A stretch of 64,000 nucleotides of DNA from a virus. Numbering within the stretch: the stretch's first letter is position 1; each line of letters begins with the position of its first letter. Positions 41,082 to 50,745 of this stretch are shown here, in pieces. The position numbers were made by a program, and so were the translations under genes. The stretch lies in the IMG/VR virus record IMGVR_UViG_3300031857_000028, positions 32,001 to 96,000 of that record, one strand, 5' to 3'. Below the pieces are notes generated by a model. That model ran no database searches and was not told the origin of the DNA. It worked only from the letters and a program-made list of their open reading frames with translations.

Positions 41082-43175
41082 TTAAATCATACGCACAGAC
41101 GTTTTTACCGTCCATGTACTACTGTCACCTGAGAGTTTCAGTCGAACATTTGCATTTAAGATATCTACCGTAAATACTTCGTTTAATGTGTCACCAATAT
41201 CATTCGTAGAAGTGTCGGTAAATTCCACTGTAGATGTGCCTGCTTGCCACACAGCAAATACCGTTCCCGTTCGAAGATTTGTTCCACTCTTAAGTACATA
41301 ATCAAAATGTGCCGCATCATAACTGCTTGTTGCAAGAGATACGACGACAGAATTTAATGGACTTGGTATGGTTGCACTTCCAGAGGCATACAATATTCCT
41401 TGAATAATTGCGCCACCTTGCAGTGTTACTGTGTCGGCAGTAGTTGCTCCATACGGAGTAATGTTTTGTAAACCGTATGCATACGAACCACCAATATTGA
41501 GGTCTACGCCATTGAAATTAATGGGTTTAGTACTTACTGAGCCGTCAGTTACCGTGAAATTTGAACTCGTGAATGATGCAACACCACGTGCAGTCGTTGT
41601 TGCATTACTTCCACTGAGTATTACTGTTTGTCCACTGACCGTTGCTGCTATACCATTTCCGCCTGCAACTGTTAATCCCTGTGTCTTAAGATTAATTGAC
41701 CCCTGACCACCCTGTGAGCCTGTTACACTTAACGTACTAACAACGCCGGTAAGATTACTACCATCGCCACTGAATGCTGATGCACTTACTGAACCGGTAA
41801 CAGTTAGTCCGGCTTCAATATGTGTCAATCGTGATGGGAAATCTATGCGAATTGAACTTGAATCTGGTCTACTGTCTATATGGTCCGTTCCAGAAGCAAC
41901 TGGAACTCTACCTGCCGTCAATCCAACTTCATTACCTAATGTACTAGTGTTTACTGGTCCGGCAATAAACATAGCACTGTTGTACGGTGCACCGCTTATG
42001 TTTTCATAAATAAAATGATGATTTAAACTGTCCCAGTAAATAGATGCAGTTGCTACACTGGAGCCCGAGTCTCTAACCGACAATCCACCAAATCGTGTTA
42101 TATCATCAGTGTTTACTATAATTTTATTATCGCCAACCACATATTGTGAGGAAGTAACATACTGCGTACTCATTGTTGCGGCAGTTACTATTCCCGTTAC
42201 CGTTAATGAACCGGAAATGTTCACATCTTTGGCAATACCCACCCCACCTTGAACAATTAACGCACCATTATTGAAAGCTGTACTATTTGTGGTGTCACTG
42301 ATTGTCTGTACACCCGTGAAGGTATTTGAACCGGTGGTGGCAAGTGTGGCAATTCCCGTAGTGTTACGGACATCTACTTGCGTTGAACTACTAATAGTTC
42401 CGGCTGGAATTGATACCGTAATAGTTTGACCAGATGCATTTGTTGTAACACCGTTGGCGCCATTAATAGTTAATGTCTGCGTCTGTAGGTTTATCGTGCC
42501 AGTTCCAGTAGTTCCAGCAGTACTAAGTGTACTTGCAACTCCTGTTAATCCACTGCCATCGCCTTTAAACGAACCGGTAAACGAGCCAGTAAATGGTGTA
42601 GTGGTACTATTAAATTGGAGTGAACTACTAAAGACACCTTCTGTATTCAGTTCTTTCTTAACACCATCTAAAAAGTGTACCGATGAAGTGTCTAATGTAA
42701 GTGTACGTGTTGAGGTAATGTCACCACCGCCACTTAAACCAGAACCCGCTGTAATAGATACTGTGCTATGGTCAATATGTTGATTTGCTACATAATTTGT
42801 AGTAAGATTATGATCAATTTGTCCTGAAGAGGAAACTAATGATGGTTTATTGACTACATTTGCATATTCTACATATGAAGCCGTTGCCGAACTTCCAACC
42901 GTAATTGTTACTGGAAAGGTTGAGCCATCACCCTTCGTAAACGTAATAGTGCTACCAGCACCACTTGCAGTTACAACACTATTTGTAGCTAATGAGGCAG
43001 TGGTTGCATACGACGAACTAATAACACCGGTGACATTTTGACCATTGCCATAAAATGCCGTTGCTTTAATGTTTCCAGACGAAGTTACGTCTGTACTAAA
43101 TCTACTAGATCCAGTTATCTCTATCCCAGACGCAAGTACTTTTAGTCCGTTGCGTGCTATAAATTCATTTGCCAT
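41082..43175 (-). CDS. Tail fibre or virion structural protein with MANEF N-terminus
   Basis: Ser/Thr/Gly-rich; GALIVQGGVGIAKD; C-terminal domain shared with 43208..44152. Confidence 0.7.
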   Translation of the reverse strand: MANEFIARNGLKVLASGIEITGSSRFSTDVTSSGNIKATAFYGNGQNVTGVISSSYATTASLATNSVVTASGAGSTITFTKGDGSTFPVTITVGSSATASYVEYANVVNKPSLVSSSGQIDHNLTTNYVANQHIDHSTVSITAGSGLSGGGDITSTRTLTLDTSSVHFLDGVKKELNTEGVFSSSLQFNSTTTPFTGSFTGSFKGDGSGLTGVASTLSTAGTTGTGTINLQTQTLTINGANGVTTNASGQTITVSIPAGTISSSTQVDVRNTTGIATLATTGSNTFTGVQTISDTTNSTAFNNGALIVQGGVGIAKDVNISGSLTVTGIVTAATMSTQYVTSSQYVVGDNKIIVNTDDITRFGGLSVRDSGSSVATASIYWDSLNHHFIYENISGAPYNSAMFIAGPVNTSTLGNEVGLTAGRVPVASGTDHIDSRPDSSSIRIDFPSRLTHIEAGLTVTGSVSASAFSGDGSNLTGVVSTLSVTGSQGGQGSINLKTQGLTVAGGNGIAATVSGQTVILSGSNATTTARGVASFTSSNFTVTDGSVSTKPINFNGVDLNIGGSYAYGLQNITPYGATTADTVTLQGGAIIQGILYASGSATIPSPLNSVVVSLATSSYDAAHFDYVLKSGTNLRTGTVFAVWQAGTSTVEFTDTSTNDIGDTLNEVFTVDILNANVRLKLSGDSSTWTVKTSVRMI

Positions 43176-43199
43176 GCACTATCTCCAAAATAGTTTATA

Positions 43200-43207
43200 T
43201 ATAAATA
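43200..43207 (-). promoter_or_regulatory. Putative late promoter TATTTATA
   Basis: 25 nt upstream of the ATG at 43175. Confidence 0.6.
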
Positions 43208-44152
43208 TCAGGTTACATTGGAAAACATTTTAAATAAACATTGTATAGTCCATGCACCAGATCCTAATCCCGCACTATATGCTCTTAGTAATATATTATT
43301 TCCCACTCGTATGAAATTAAACGATAAATCACTTGTATCCCCCACACCAGTATTCGATACATCAGTGTATGATATACTACTTCCACTCCAAGTAGCATAT
43401 AATGCTCCGGCTCGCAATGCCCCAGTTCGTTGTGCCACATATTCAACTGATACACCACTGTGTTGAATTGAGGAGAACGGAGGATCTATGATTTCTGTTG
43501 CCGCAAATACACCAGATTTTACCGAAGATGATATTATTGTTGCAGTTGTCGGCGTATTTGTTAATACTGATAACTGTGATGTTTCGACTGTCCCTCGTAC
43601 TTTACTTGCAAATGATGCAGACTCAACAGTCCATCCTGCCGCCTGCGTGGAAGACGACACCAGTCCCGGTGGCTTATTTGTGAGAGTGTCCCACGAGCTA
43701 ACGGAACCACTAACATAAGATGCAGTTAACGCATAGGAAGCACTTACGGCATTCTGTGCATATGATGCAGATGCAATTAATGTGGGTTTATTCTGTATAT
43801 CCGTGTAGTTAACTTGCGTAGAACTGGATATAATTCCCACAGGAATATTTTGTAGTTGTGTATAATTTACTTGCGTCGAAGAGGAAATTAATCCTTCAGG
43901 TTTTCCTAATAACCCATCCCAAGAATTACTAGCACCAGATACGTAACTTGCCGTAACGGCAAAATCTGCAACTCTGTAGAATGAGTCAGCTTGTGTAGAA
44001 ACAATTGTACTCGGTAAATCTAAGTTTACCACATACGTGTCGCCTGCCGTTATAGATACTGCATATTGGTCAGGTGGTTGTAGATTTACACTTAAATTAT
44101 CTCCTGTGTCTATCACTACCAAAATATCACTAGTATCCAATGAACCTGACAT
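43208..44152 (-). CDS. Virion structural protein
   Basis: W..L..KP.GL.SSSTQ repeats; C-terminal RAG.L.A.W...YTD domain. Confidence 0.6.
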   Translation of the reverse strand: MSGSLDTSDILVVIDTGDNLSVNLQPPDQYAVSITAGDTYVVNLDLPSTIVSTQADSFYRVADFAVTASYVSGASNSWDGLLGKPEGLISSSTQVNYTQLQNIPVGIISSSTQVNYTDIQNKPTLIASASYAQNAVSASYALTASYVSGSVSSWDTLTNKPPGLVSSSTQAAGWTVESASFASKVRGTVETSQLSVLTNTPTTATIISSSVKSGVFAATEIIDPPFSSIQHSGVSVEYVAQRTGALRAGALYATWSGSSISYTDVSNTGVGDTSDLSFNFIRVGNNILLRAYSAGLGSGAWTIQCLFKMFSNVT

Positions 44153-44155
44153 ATA

Positions 44156-44506
44156 TTATCTCGTTACCGCAGGTCTTACTATAATCATACCTTCTAATAT
44201 TCTCCGTGTAACGGATACCGGTGAAGTGGAAGTGGCGTATATGTCATACACATATTGCCGCTGTGTTAAGTTTATTGTGTCTGACGGTGTTAATTCTACA
44301 AAAACACTTCCAGAGGAATATGGTAGATTTTTTGAAAATGTAAATGTTGCTGCAACTTCTTCAGTAGTATAATTTTCACGTACCTGTCCGGCAAACGTGT
44401 AATTAGTAATATCAATTGGCGTGTTATTTTGATTTTGGTTTTTTAATCGAACGTGTATTTTAAACGTTTCACCTTGGCCAATTTCAAATTTTGTAGGTTC
44501 TGCCAT
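44156..44506 (-). CDS. BppU-N-like adaptor protein
   Basis: IGQGETF, PIDITNY, QVRE, YVYDI, RILEG.I.V.P.VT. Confidence 0.7.
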   Translation of the reverse strand: MAEPTKFEIGQGETFKIHVRLKNQNQNNTPIDITNYTFAGQVRENYTTEEVAATFTFSKNLPYSSGSVFVELTPSDTINLTQRQYVYDIYATSTSPVSVTRRILEGMIIVRPAVTR

Positions 44507-44535
44507 ATTTATCTCTCAATATAAGGCCCGTCTTG

Positions 44536-44543
44536 TATAAATA
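44536..44543 (-). promoter_or_regulatory. Putative late promoter TATTTATA
   Basis: Between the tube terminator and the next gene start. Confidence 0.65.
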
Positions 44544-44583
44544 TCAAATTTATAGGTAATATGATGATTTTATTAGGGTTATA

Positions 44584-44621
44584 ATATAAAACTCCCCCGT
44601 GACATTATACCACGGAGGAGT
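44584..44621 (-). terminator. Intrinsic terminator after the tail tube gene
   Basis: ACTCCTCCGTG-loop-CACGGGGGAGT followed by T-rich tail on the minus strand. Confidence 0.75.
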
Positions 44622-44643
44622 ATTATATGTTGATAACAAATAA

Positions 44644-45132
44644 TTAGAAATTGAGTACGCAGTAATCTGGTTGGACAGTGAGCGTGAAGGACATTACTTC
44701 GTCCGTACTCCAATCCAAATCACCGAAATTTACTTCAGTAATCTGTGCTCCTTTGATAATCCATTCTTCAACCTTGTCACCGACAGGTCCAAGGATATTT
44801 AATGTTAAATCCTTCTTATAGAATTCAAGATATCCATCACGACCCGTGACAGATTCGTGGTGAAGACGCACCCACTCCATAACTGCTTGAGCACCGGAAG
44901 GTACGATTGGATCATAAAGTTCTAACTGCATTGCACCCCATGTGGTTTTGCCTTTGACGTATCGTTGAACATTGATGTGGTCAATTGGCTTTGAATCTTG
45001 CTTTATTGAAGGACGTGCAACTTTTTTCACAATGTATGAAGGAATTCCATCCACATAAAGGATGAAACGATTCTTCATCTTTGGTTCAAATGCTGTGAAA
45101 AACAGCTCTTGTTCACTTACTAGGTTTGCCAT
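44644..45132 (-). CDS. gp19: Tail tube protein (T4 gp19-like)
   Basis: FEPKMKNRF, LYDPIVPSGAQAVMEW, YKKDLTL..LGPVGDKVEEW; follows the sheath gene. Confidence 0.9.
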   Translation of the reverse strand: MANLVSEQELFFTAFEPKMKNRFILYVDGIPSYIVKKVARPSIKQDSKPIDHINVQRYVKGKTTWGAMQLELYDPIVPSGAQAVMEWVRLHHESVTGRDGYLEFYKKDLTLNILGPVGDKVEEWIIKGAQITEVNFGDLDWSTDEVMSFTLTVQPDYCVLNF

Positions 45133-45158
45133 GTATAATCTCCGAAAGGATTCTTAAT

Positions 45159-45166
45159 TATAAATA
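45159..45166 (-). promoter_or_regulatory. Putative late promoter TATTTATA
   Basis: Between the sheath terminator and the tube gene start. Confidence 0.65.
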
Positions 45167-45176
45167 TAAGATATTA

Positions 45177-45210
45177 TAAAAATGTGGGGGAGGGATTAAT
45201 CTCCCCCACA
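45177..45210 (-). terminator. Intrinsic terminator after the sheath gene
   Basis: TGTGGGGGAG/CTCCCCCACA 10-bp stem followed by a T run. Confidence 0.8.
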
Positions 45211-45218
45211 GATTCATA

Positions 45219-47864
45219 TTATGCAGTTGGGAATGTTGCACCAGTTGGGAGAACATTGAAATCAAGGATAATGAATTCAGCTGTTCTTGTTGGCTGGAGA
45301 TAGAGTTGTCCGTAGAGGATATTTCTATCAATGATATCCGGTGTATTGTTGGTTTCATCCATAATTACCCGGAATGCAAACAATCCACTGCGTTCTTGTA
45401 CACTTGCCAAATATGGATTGACAATATTTAAGAAACGATTTCGTGTGGCTTCAACGTTTTGTTCGAACACAAGGTAACGTGAAACACTGGCGATATATTT
45501 CTTAACTGCAATTAATAGACGGCGAACGTTTACACGGTCAAGTGCCGAAGCACGACGTTGAAGTGTCTTCTGACCCCACACACAGATACCTTGTCCAGGG
45601 AACTGTGCAATTGGGTTGACCTTTCCTTCATACAACGTGTCTCTACTTGTTTGTGGAAGTCGTACCTTCACACCCACTGCACTTGCAATACCACCACGGT
45701 TCAAACCTGCTGGTGCAAACCATTCTGCGGCAATATTGTCATTGTATGCGTAGATTTCTGGAAGAATAACTGAAGGTGGTACCCAAATCAACTTATTGGT
45801 ATTGGTATCAATTACTCTCAACCACGGATAATAAGTTGCTGCATAGTTACTATCAATTTCTCCTGCCTTAGCAGTTGCACTTGCAATTGTTGCGTTTAAT
45901 CCAGTAGTATCCATGATATAGAAGCAATCACCGCGGTCTTCGCAGAGACTTAGTGCAGTATCAGCTACATACGAGTGGAAGTCGTAGATAACGCCGGGCA
46001 ATATCAAGAGATTGAAATCCCATTGATCTTGATTACTCAATGCTTGTAATGCTTTCTTATAAGCCTTTGAGCCCGGTGATGCTGCATTTGCAAGATTAAA
46101 TCCTTGTGAATTGGTTGGAACGATGTCACCACCCATCTTAATATCACGTGCTGGATTTAATCCATCAAATCCGCCTTGGAATGGTACCGAGAACTTACGG
46201 TATGCCAAGCTATCGTTGTCCAATGAAATTGATGCAGAGAATTGTAATGAAGAGCCACTTGGTACTTCATACAATGTCTCCAATGTAAACGATGAATTTG
46301 GAACATCTACTGTATTTTCTGGGTCTGGGATTGCCCCGAGATACGATGGATTTGTTCCTTCGTTATCTGCAAAGTTCCACCCATAGTAGAAACGCTTATC
46401 AACCGATTCTGTTGTATATCCTTGCACACTTCCGTTTCTCCAACGTGATGTTACCAACGATGGACTCGTTAATTGTGTATTAAGAACCGTAACAGTCGAT
46501 TCCACTGACCCAAACCCAAACGGTAGTGCAGTTGCTGGAATTACTGCATCCGACATTTGTACATACACGTACTGTGAACGATTTGGGAAATCGCCTTGAT
46601 AGTAACGTTCTGCGGTATTTGGGTCATCGTATGGAGCGCTATCACCAATTACACGTGCAATAAATTGCGGACTATCTGGATCTAACGTGAGGTTATCATA
46701 CTGTTCTAAGACTTCAATACGTGCATCAGTATCATCATAACGACGAATTAACATGGAGAACGTTCCCCATGGATTATCTACGTCATCACTCTTCTTCATA
46801 TTTAAGAACGATGCCTTAATTTCCTTATTTGCAAAATTACCATCACTTAATGTGTGAAGTTTGAACAAATCAATCTTTGCACCAGCAATTGTCTGTGATT
46901 GAATCCATGGCGTGTGCGCATTTGCAAATCCAACGTCTGTGAAATTCAATGCTGCACTGGATGTTTCTGCGTACATCGTTACTGCTGCAGTTTGTCCTGC
47001 ACTTGTCAATTGGTAAGTTACTGTATTTAACGTTCCACTGTTACTTGAACTTACGATGAATACCACGTTCGTTGATGAAACGGCTGTATATTGAGGAAGT
47101 AAGAGTGTTCCGAAATTAATTCCAGAGCCACTGACAGTTGCTTGACTTAATTTTGTTGTGTCAATATTTGTTAATGATGCAACAGGAACTACATACTTGG
47201 TAAGACTTCCCGTAGACACTCCCGTAGGAACATCTCCAGTAGCTAATGATTGTGATGCTACAGTCAATCCTGAAACTGTTTGTCCACCCGCAGTTGCTTC
47301 TGTAACGGATTCTGGGAAGATTGCATATACAAATGAATTCTTCGTGGTTACTGGATTTGTGCCCAACAAATCGCCGAAATATGCTGTAGACGTTTCAAGG
47401 GTTGTTAGTCCACTTTGACTTACTGCCGTTCCGCCATCTGCCACGATATTAACAGAAAAACTACCACCAGTTCCCGACACTGCAATTGATTCAATTGTAT
47501 TGCCGATACTACTTGGGTGAACTACCGCAAACAATTTCTTGCCCGATGAACCCGATACATAAATTAAGCCGGGGACCGTTGTATCGTTATTGTATCCTTC
47601 CGTTCCTAATACACGAACAATAGTTGCTACGCCTGATTCACGTAAATAATTTTTTACTGTAAGCCCAGTATAGTGATTCGCGTCGGCTTCACCAAAAAGG
47701 GTAACATATTCCTGCTGACTTCTTACAATTGTTGGGATAAACGCTGGACCTTTGGGTGTCGGTCCAATAAATGCGCCCCCAATTTCACTAATACCCTGGG
47801 TTAAGAAACTTAAGTCTCTTTCCCGTGTGAAAACTCCAGGGGAAACAATTCTTTCATTTGCCAT
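45219..47864 (-). CDS. gp18: Tail sheath protein (T4 gp18-like)
   Basis: SPGVFTRERD, WFAPAGLNRG, WGQKTLQ, DRVNVRRL, FEQN, PTRTAEFI. Confidence 0.95.
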   Translation of the reverse strand: MANERIVSPGVFTRERDLSFLTQGISEIGGAFIGPTPKGPAFIPTIVRSQQEYVTLFGEADANHYTGLTVKNYLRESGVATIVRVLGTEGYNNDTTVPGLIYVSGSSGKKLFAVVHPSSIGNTIESIAVSGTGGSFSVNIVADGGTAVSQSGLTTLETSTAYFGDLLGTNPVTTKNSFVYAIFPESVTEATAGGQTVSGLTVASQSLATGDVPTGVSTGSLTKYVVPVASLTNIDTTKLSQATVSGSGINFGTLLLPQYTAVSSTNVVFIVSSSNSGTLNTVTYQLTSAGQTAAVTMYAETSSAALNFTDVGFANAHTPWIQSQTIAGAKIDLFKLHTLSDGNFANKEIKASFLNMKKSDDVDNPWGTFSMLIRRYDDTDARIEVLEQYDNLTLDPDSPQFIARVIGDSAPYDDPNTAERYYQGDFPNRSQYVYVQMSDAVIPATALPFGFGSVESTVTVLNTQLTSPSLVTSRWRNGSVQGYTTESVDKRFYYGWNFADNEGTNPSYLGAIPDPENTVDVPNSSFTLETLYEVPSGSSLQFSASISLDNDSLAYRKFSVPFQGGFDGLNPARDIKMGGDIVPTNSQGFNLANAASPGSKAYKKALQALSNQDQWDFNLLILPGVIYDFHSYVADTALSLCEDRGDCFYIMDTTGLNATIASATAKAGEIDSNYAATYYPWLRVIDTNTNKLIWVPPSVILPEIYAYNDNIAAEWFAPAGLNRGGIASAVGVKVRLPQTSRDTLYEGKVNPIAQFPGQGICVWGQKTLQRRASALDRVNVRRLLIAVKKYIASVSRYLVFEQNVEATRNRFLNIVNPYLASVQERSGLFAFRVIMDETNNTPDIIDRNILYGQLYLQPTRTAEFIILDFNVLPTGATFPTA

Positions 47865-47887
47865 ACGAATCCTCCTAATGGGTTATA

Positions 47888-48148
47888 TTATTCTGTTATT
47901 TCACCAGTTTCTATGTTTATTGTACCGGTTCCATAAGTTTGCTGCAGTTTTTCAAATAAAACCCTTTCTTTTTCTTGAAATTCTTCAAATGCCTTTTCCT
48001 GCGATTCCAATTGTTGATGTGCTTCGTCAATTTGACGTTCTAACATTTTTTTACTTAGGTGCAATTCACCAATGGATGTTAGGACGGTAAATAACGATTC
48101 TTTAAGATTTTGAATCTCTGCAAAATCTTCTTCAGCAATTTTTTTCAT
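47888..48148 (-). CDS. Small coiled-coil protein
   Basis: Heptad pattern; ends YGTGTINIETGEI. Confidence 0.65.
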   Translation of the reverse strand: MKKIAEEDFAEIQNLKESLFTVLTSIGELHLSKKMLERQIDEAHQQLESQEKAFEEFQEKERVLFEKLQQTYGTGTINIETGEITE

Positions 48149-48206
48149 ATAAACCTCTTTTTAAAGTAGTATACATATCATAAATATATAAAAAATATTC
48201 AAAACA

Positions 48207-49001
48207 TCACTTATTATTTGAGCTTACCAAAGATTCCGTGTCGAATACCACTTTTTTGGGTGAATATGCCAATCGACTTGTAAGTTGACGATTTCCGTTT
48301 TTATCCAACGCACTCTGAGGTAGTACATATGCCTTAACGTCTATAGTAAACTTACTACGGACCAATCTTGCCGCATTTGCAGGTAGATCAGTTATTTGTT
48401 CGAATTGATTAATCTTTGCTTTGAATTTAAAATTATTATCATTACCCCAGTATTCGTTACTTTCAAACGAAATATTTTCAACTACCTTATTCATTTGTTC
48501 CATAAATTCTGTCCAGATTAAACCTTCATAGGTTATATCGTAATAATCTGGAATTGATGTGACTTGATATCGTTCACTCGGTCGTACGCCATTTATTACG
48601 GCAAATCGGTCATACACGTTACGAGAATTCCAGCCCGTTTTAAACAAATATGTTTGATATTTGTTGGTTGGATTGTTTATGGCATTCTCCTTCATTCCCG
48701 TTCTACGAATCATCATAATTGGTAATTGAATCATTCCATTTGCATCACGTAATGCGCCATCAATTTGCGCACTTTTCCAACGCTCTGGATTACCATACAT
48801 TACTGGTACTTGAATTTGTTTTTTGTTCTGTGTTACAATTGGTTTTACTTTTGTTTGTAGGTATTTTATGATTGCCGTGTCAATTGTCTCCAAACCTATT
48901 GAAACAGGCGTACTATCTCCCTCATCAGATTTGGTATCATACCCTCTGTTTTGTCGTTGTGGGAGTATTATATTATTTCTATTAAAATTAGGAGCGGTCA
49001 T
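48207..49001 (-). CDS. Tail terminator / sheath stabiliser (T4 gp15-like)
   Basis: VPVMYGNPERW, LPIMMIRR, PDYYDITY; position between neck and sheath genes. Confidence 0.7.
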   Translation of the reverse strand: MTAPNFNRNNIILPQRQNRGYDTKSDEGDSTPVSIGLETIDTAIIKYLQTKVKPIVTQNKKQIQVPVMYGNPERWKSAQIDGALRDANGMIQLPIMMIRRTGMKENAINNPTNKYQTYLFKTGWNSRNVYDRFAVINGVRPSERYQVTSIPDYYDITYEGLIWTEFMEQMNKVVENISFESNEYWGNDNNFKFKAKINQFEQITDLPANAARLVRSKFTIDVKAYVLPQSALDKNGNRQLTSRLAYSPKKVVFDTESLVSSNNK

Positions 49002-49459
49002 ATGTGTGTTTCCTCAATATTAAACTCGGTTTTGCGAGTCAAGTGACATTCACACAATACAGTTTGATTATATTCGGGTCTAGATGCAATCAATTGCGCT
49101 TCATTTACGTTATTTATACCATAAAAATTATTATTATATTTTATAACGTCACCCACTTCTGGGTACACATCAACGTCGGCTAACAATTTTTTTACAAATC
49201 TAAATTCTACATCGGCCTGTTTTATGTTGTATCCAAAACCATCTTCGGTTTCTGCCGTTTTTTTCGGATACTTGATTAATGCATTTAAACTAATTCCTTT
49301 GTACGTTGGTTTTTCCGATGACTCTCCGTAAATATTTACTTTAACGATGTCATTGATAATTTTGTATAAAATGACTTCAACGTCAATCAAGTCAACGATA
49401 ATTTCCCTATTTATATGTTGAAAAAAGTCAAAGTCTCTCGTAGAAACAAAAATTGGCAT
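48998..49459 (-). CDS. Neck / head-closure protein (T4 gp14-like)
   Basis: NIYGES, YPEVGDVI; position after the gp13-like gene. Confidence 0.65.
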   Translation of the reverse strand: MPIFVSTRDFDFFQHINREIIVDLIDVEVILYKIINDIVKVNIYGESSEKPTYKGISLNALIKYPKKTAETEDGFGYNIKQADVEFRFVKKLLADVDVYPEVGDVIKYNNNFYGINNVNEAQLIASRPEYNQTVLCECHLTRKTEFNIEETHI

Positions 49460-49469
49460 AAACTATCTC

Positions 49470-50636
49470 TTATAAGATGTATATTGGAACAGGAACGTGT
49501 TGGAATATCTTATTCATTGACTCTACGCTTTCTAATTGCTTTTTCAACTGCATTTGATATCCCGTCTGTTCTAATGTTTCACGGATTTCATCGATTAACA
49601 ACTTTTTTTCTTGTTCGGCTTCACGGCGCAGAGTTTCTCCATCCAGACGAATTTGAGCTTCTGGGATTGGGATGTGTTCGTATTTTGACCGAATAAGTCC
49701 CAACAATTCTTTTGCTAATGCCAATGTGTAACGATAAATCCACAAACGTCCCATCTGATTAATGTTTCCATACTGAATATTATCATACGGGATATTTGAA
49801 AAGTCGGATACTACACTATTTTCTGAGCCCGACTGTAATACTCCTGCTCCAGACATTTTATCGTCCACCACCATATAATCAAACCAGACGATTGTATCTT
49901 TCGTAAAGATTGGCGAAAATCTAACGATATTGTTTGCTATACTAAAACTATACTGACTCTTACGAATCATATCGTTGATTTCAATTGCTTGAATACGAAG
50001 AAGGTCTTCGTATGCTGGCATCATTACGAAGGTTACCGGTGGTGAGTACCCATCAAATCCAAATTCACTCATAAGATTGGTTAACCCAAGACCCGTTGTT
50101 GCAAATGGGTCATAGTACCGAGCAATCGCAGGTGGCATATTATGATATATTTTTCTGATTTCAATTGTCTTTCCACTTTCACTTACATCTGCCCACAATG
50201 TTTTTAAATCATATGCCTGTTGATAGGCAGTTGCTTTAATATATCCTTTTTTCATAGAAACGTTTCCACCACTCTCAGCTTCTGTACCATAGTGTGCCGA
50301 CAATTTTACAAGTTGTGGAAGTGGACTACTTACAATATTACGTTGTGTTATATTTTGAGAGGTACTCATTCCTTGTACTGCCAGCATATATTCACGTGCA
50401 TTAAACTGATTCACTTGATTACTATATGTGGTAATGGCTTCTTCAAAACAAGCGTAAATTTGTTTATGTGTAAGTTCTACGTCAACCACAGGATATCCCA
50501 ATCTACGTGCCACAAATGTGGCCAATTGTGGTCCTTCCGTTTGGAATTCTACATCGTTATCATAAAATCCAAATGGTGTGAGATTATACGGATTTACTGG
50601 GTTTTCTTCAAAAACAATCGGTTCACGGTTTTGCAT
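49470..50636 (-). CDS. Neck / head-tail adaptor protein (T4 gp13-like)
   Basis: RRLGYPVVDVEL, YTLALAKELLG.IRSKY..IPIP...LDG. Confidence 0.8.
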   Translation of the reverse strand: MQNREPIVFEENPVNPYNLTPFGFYDNDVEFQTEGPQLATFVARRLGYPVVDVELTHKQIYACFEEAITTYSNQVNQFNAREYMLAVQGMSTSQNITQRNIVSSPLPQLVKLSAHYGTEAESGGNVSMKKGYIKATAYQQAYDLKTLWADVSESGKTIEIRKIYHNMPPAIARYYDPFATTGLGLTNLMSEFGFDGYSPPVTFVMMPAYEDLLRIQAIEINDMIRKSQYSFSIANNIVRFSPIFTKDTIVWFDYMVVDDKMSGAGVLQSGSENSVVSDFSNIPYDNIQYGNINQMGRLWIYRYTLALAKELLGLIRSKYEHIPIPEAQIRLDGETLRREAEQEKKLLIDEIRETLEQTGYQMQLKKQLESVESMNKIFQHVPVPIYIL

Positions 50637-50659
50637 AAAAGCCCTCTATTAGAGACATA

Positions 50660-50667
50660 TATAAATA
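50660..50667 (-). promoter_or_regulatory. Putative late promoter TATTTATA
   Basis: Between the capsid terminator and the neck gene start. Confidence 0.65.
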
Positions 50668-50685
50668 TCAAATTATTTACTATAA

Positions 50686-50714
50686 AAATAAAAAGGGTGA
50701 CCCGAAGGTCACCC
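50686..50714 (-). terminator. UUCG-loop intrinsic terminator after the major capsid gene
   Basis: GGGTGACC-TTCG-GGTCACCC-TTTTT on the minus strand. Confidence 0.9.
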
Positions 50715-50745
50715 AATTTATTTTTTACGTTACGAAAAAATCGTA

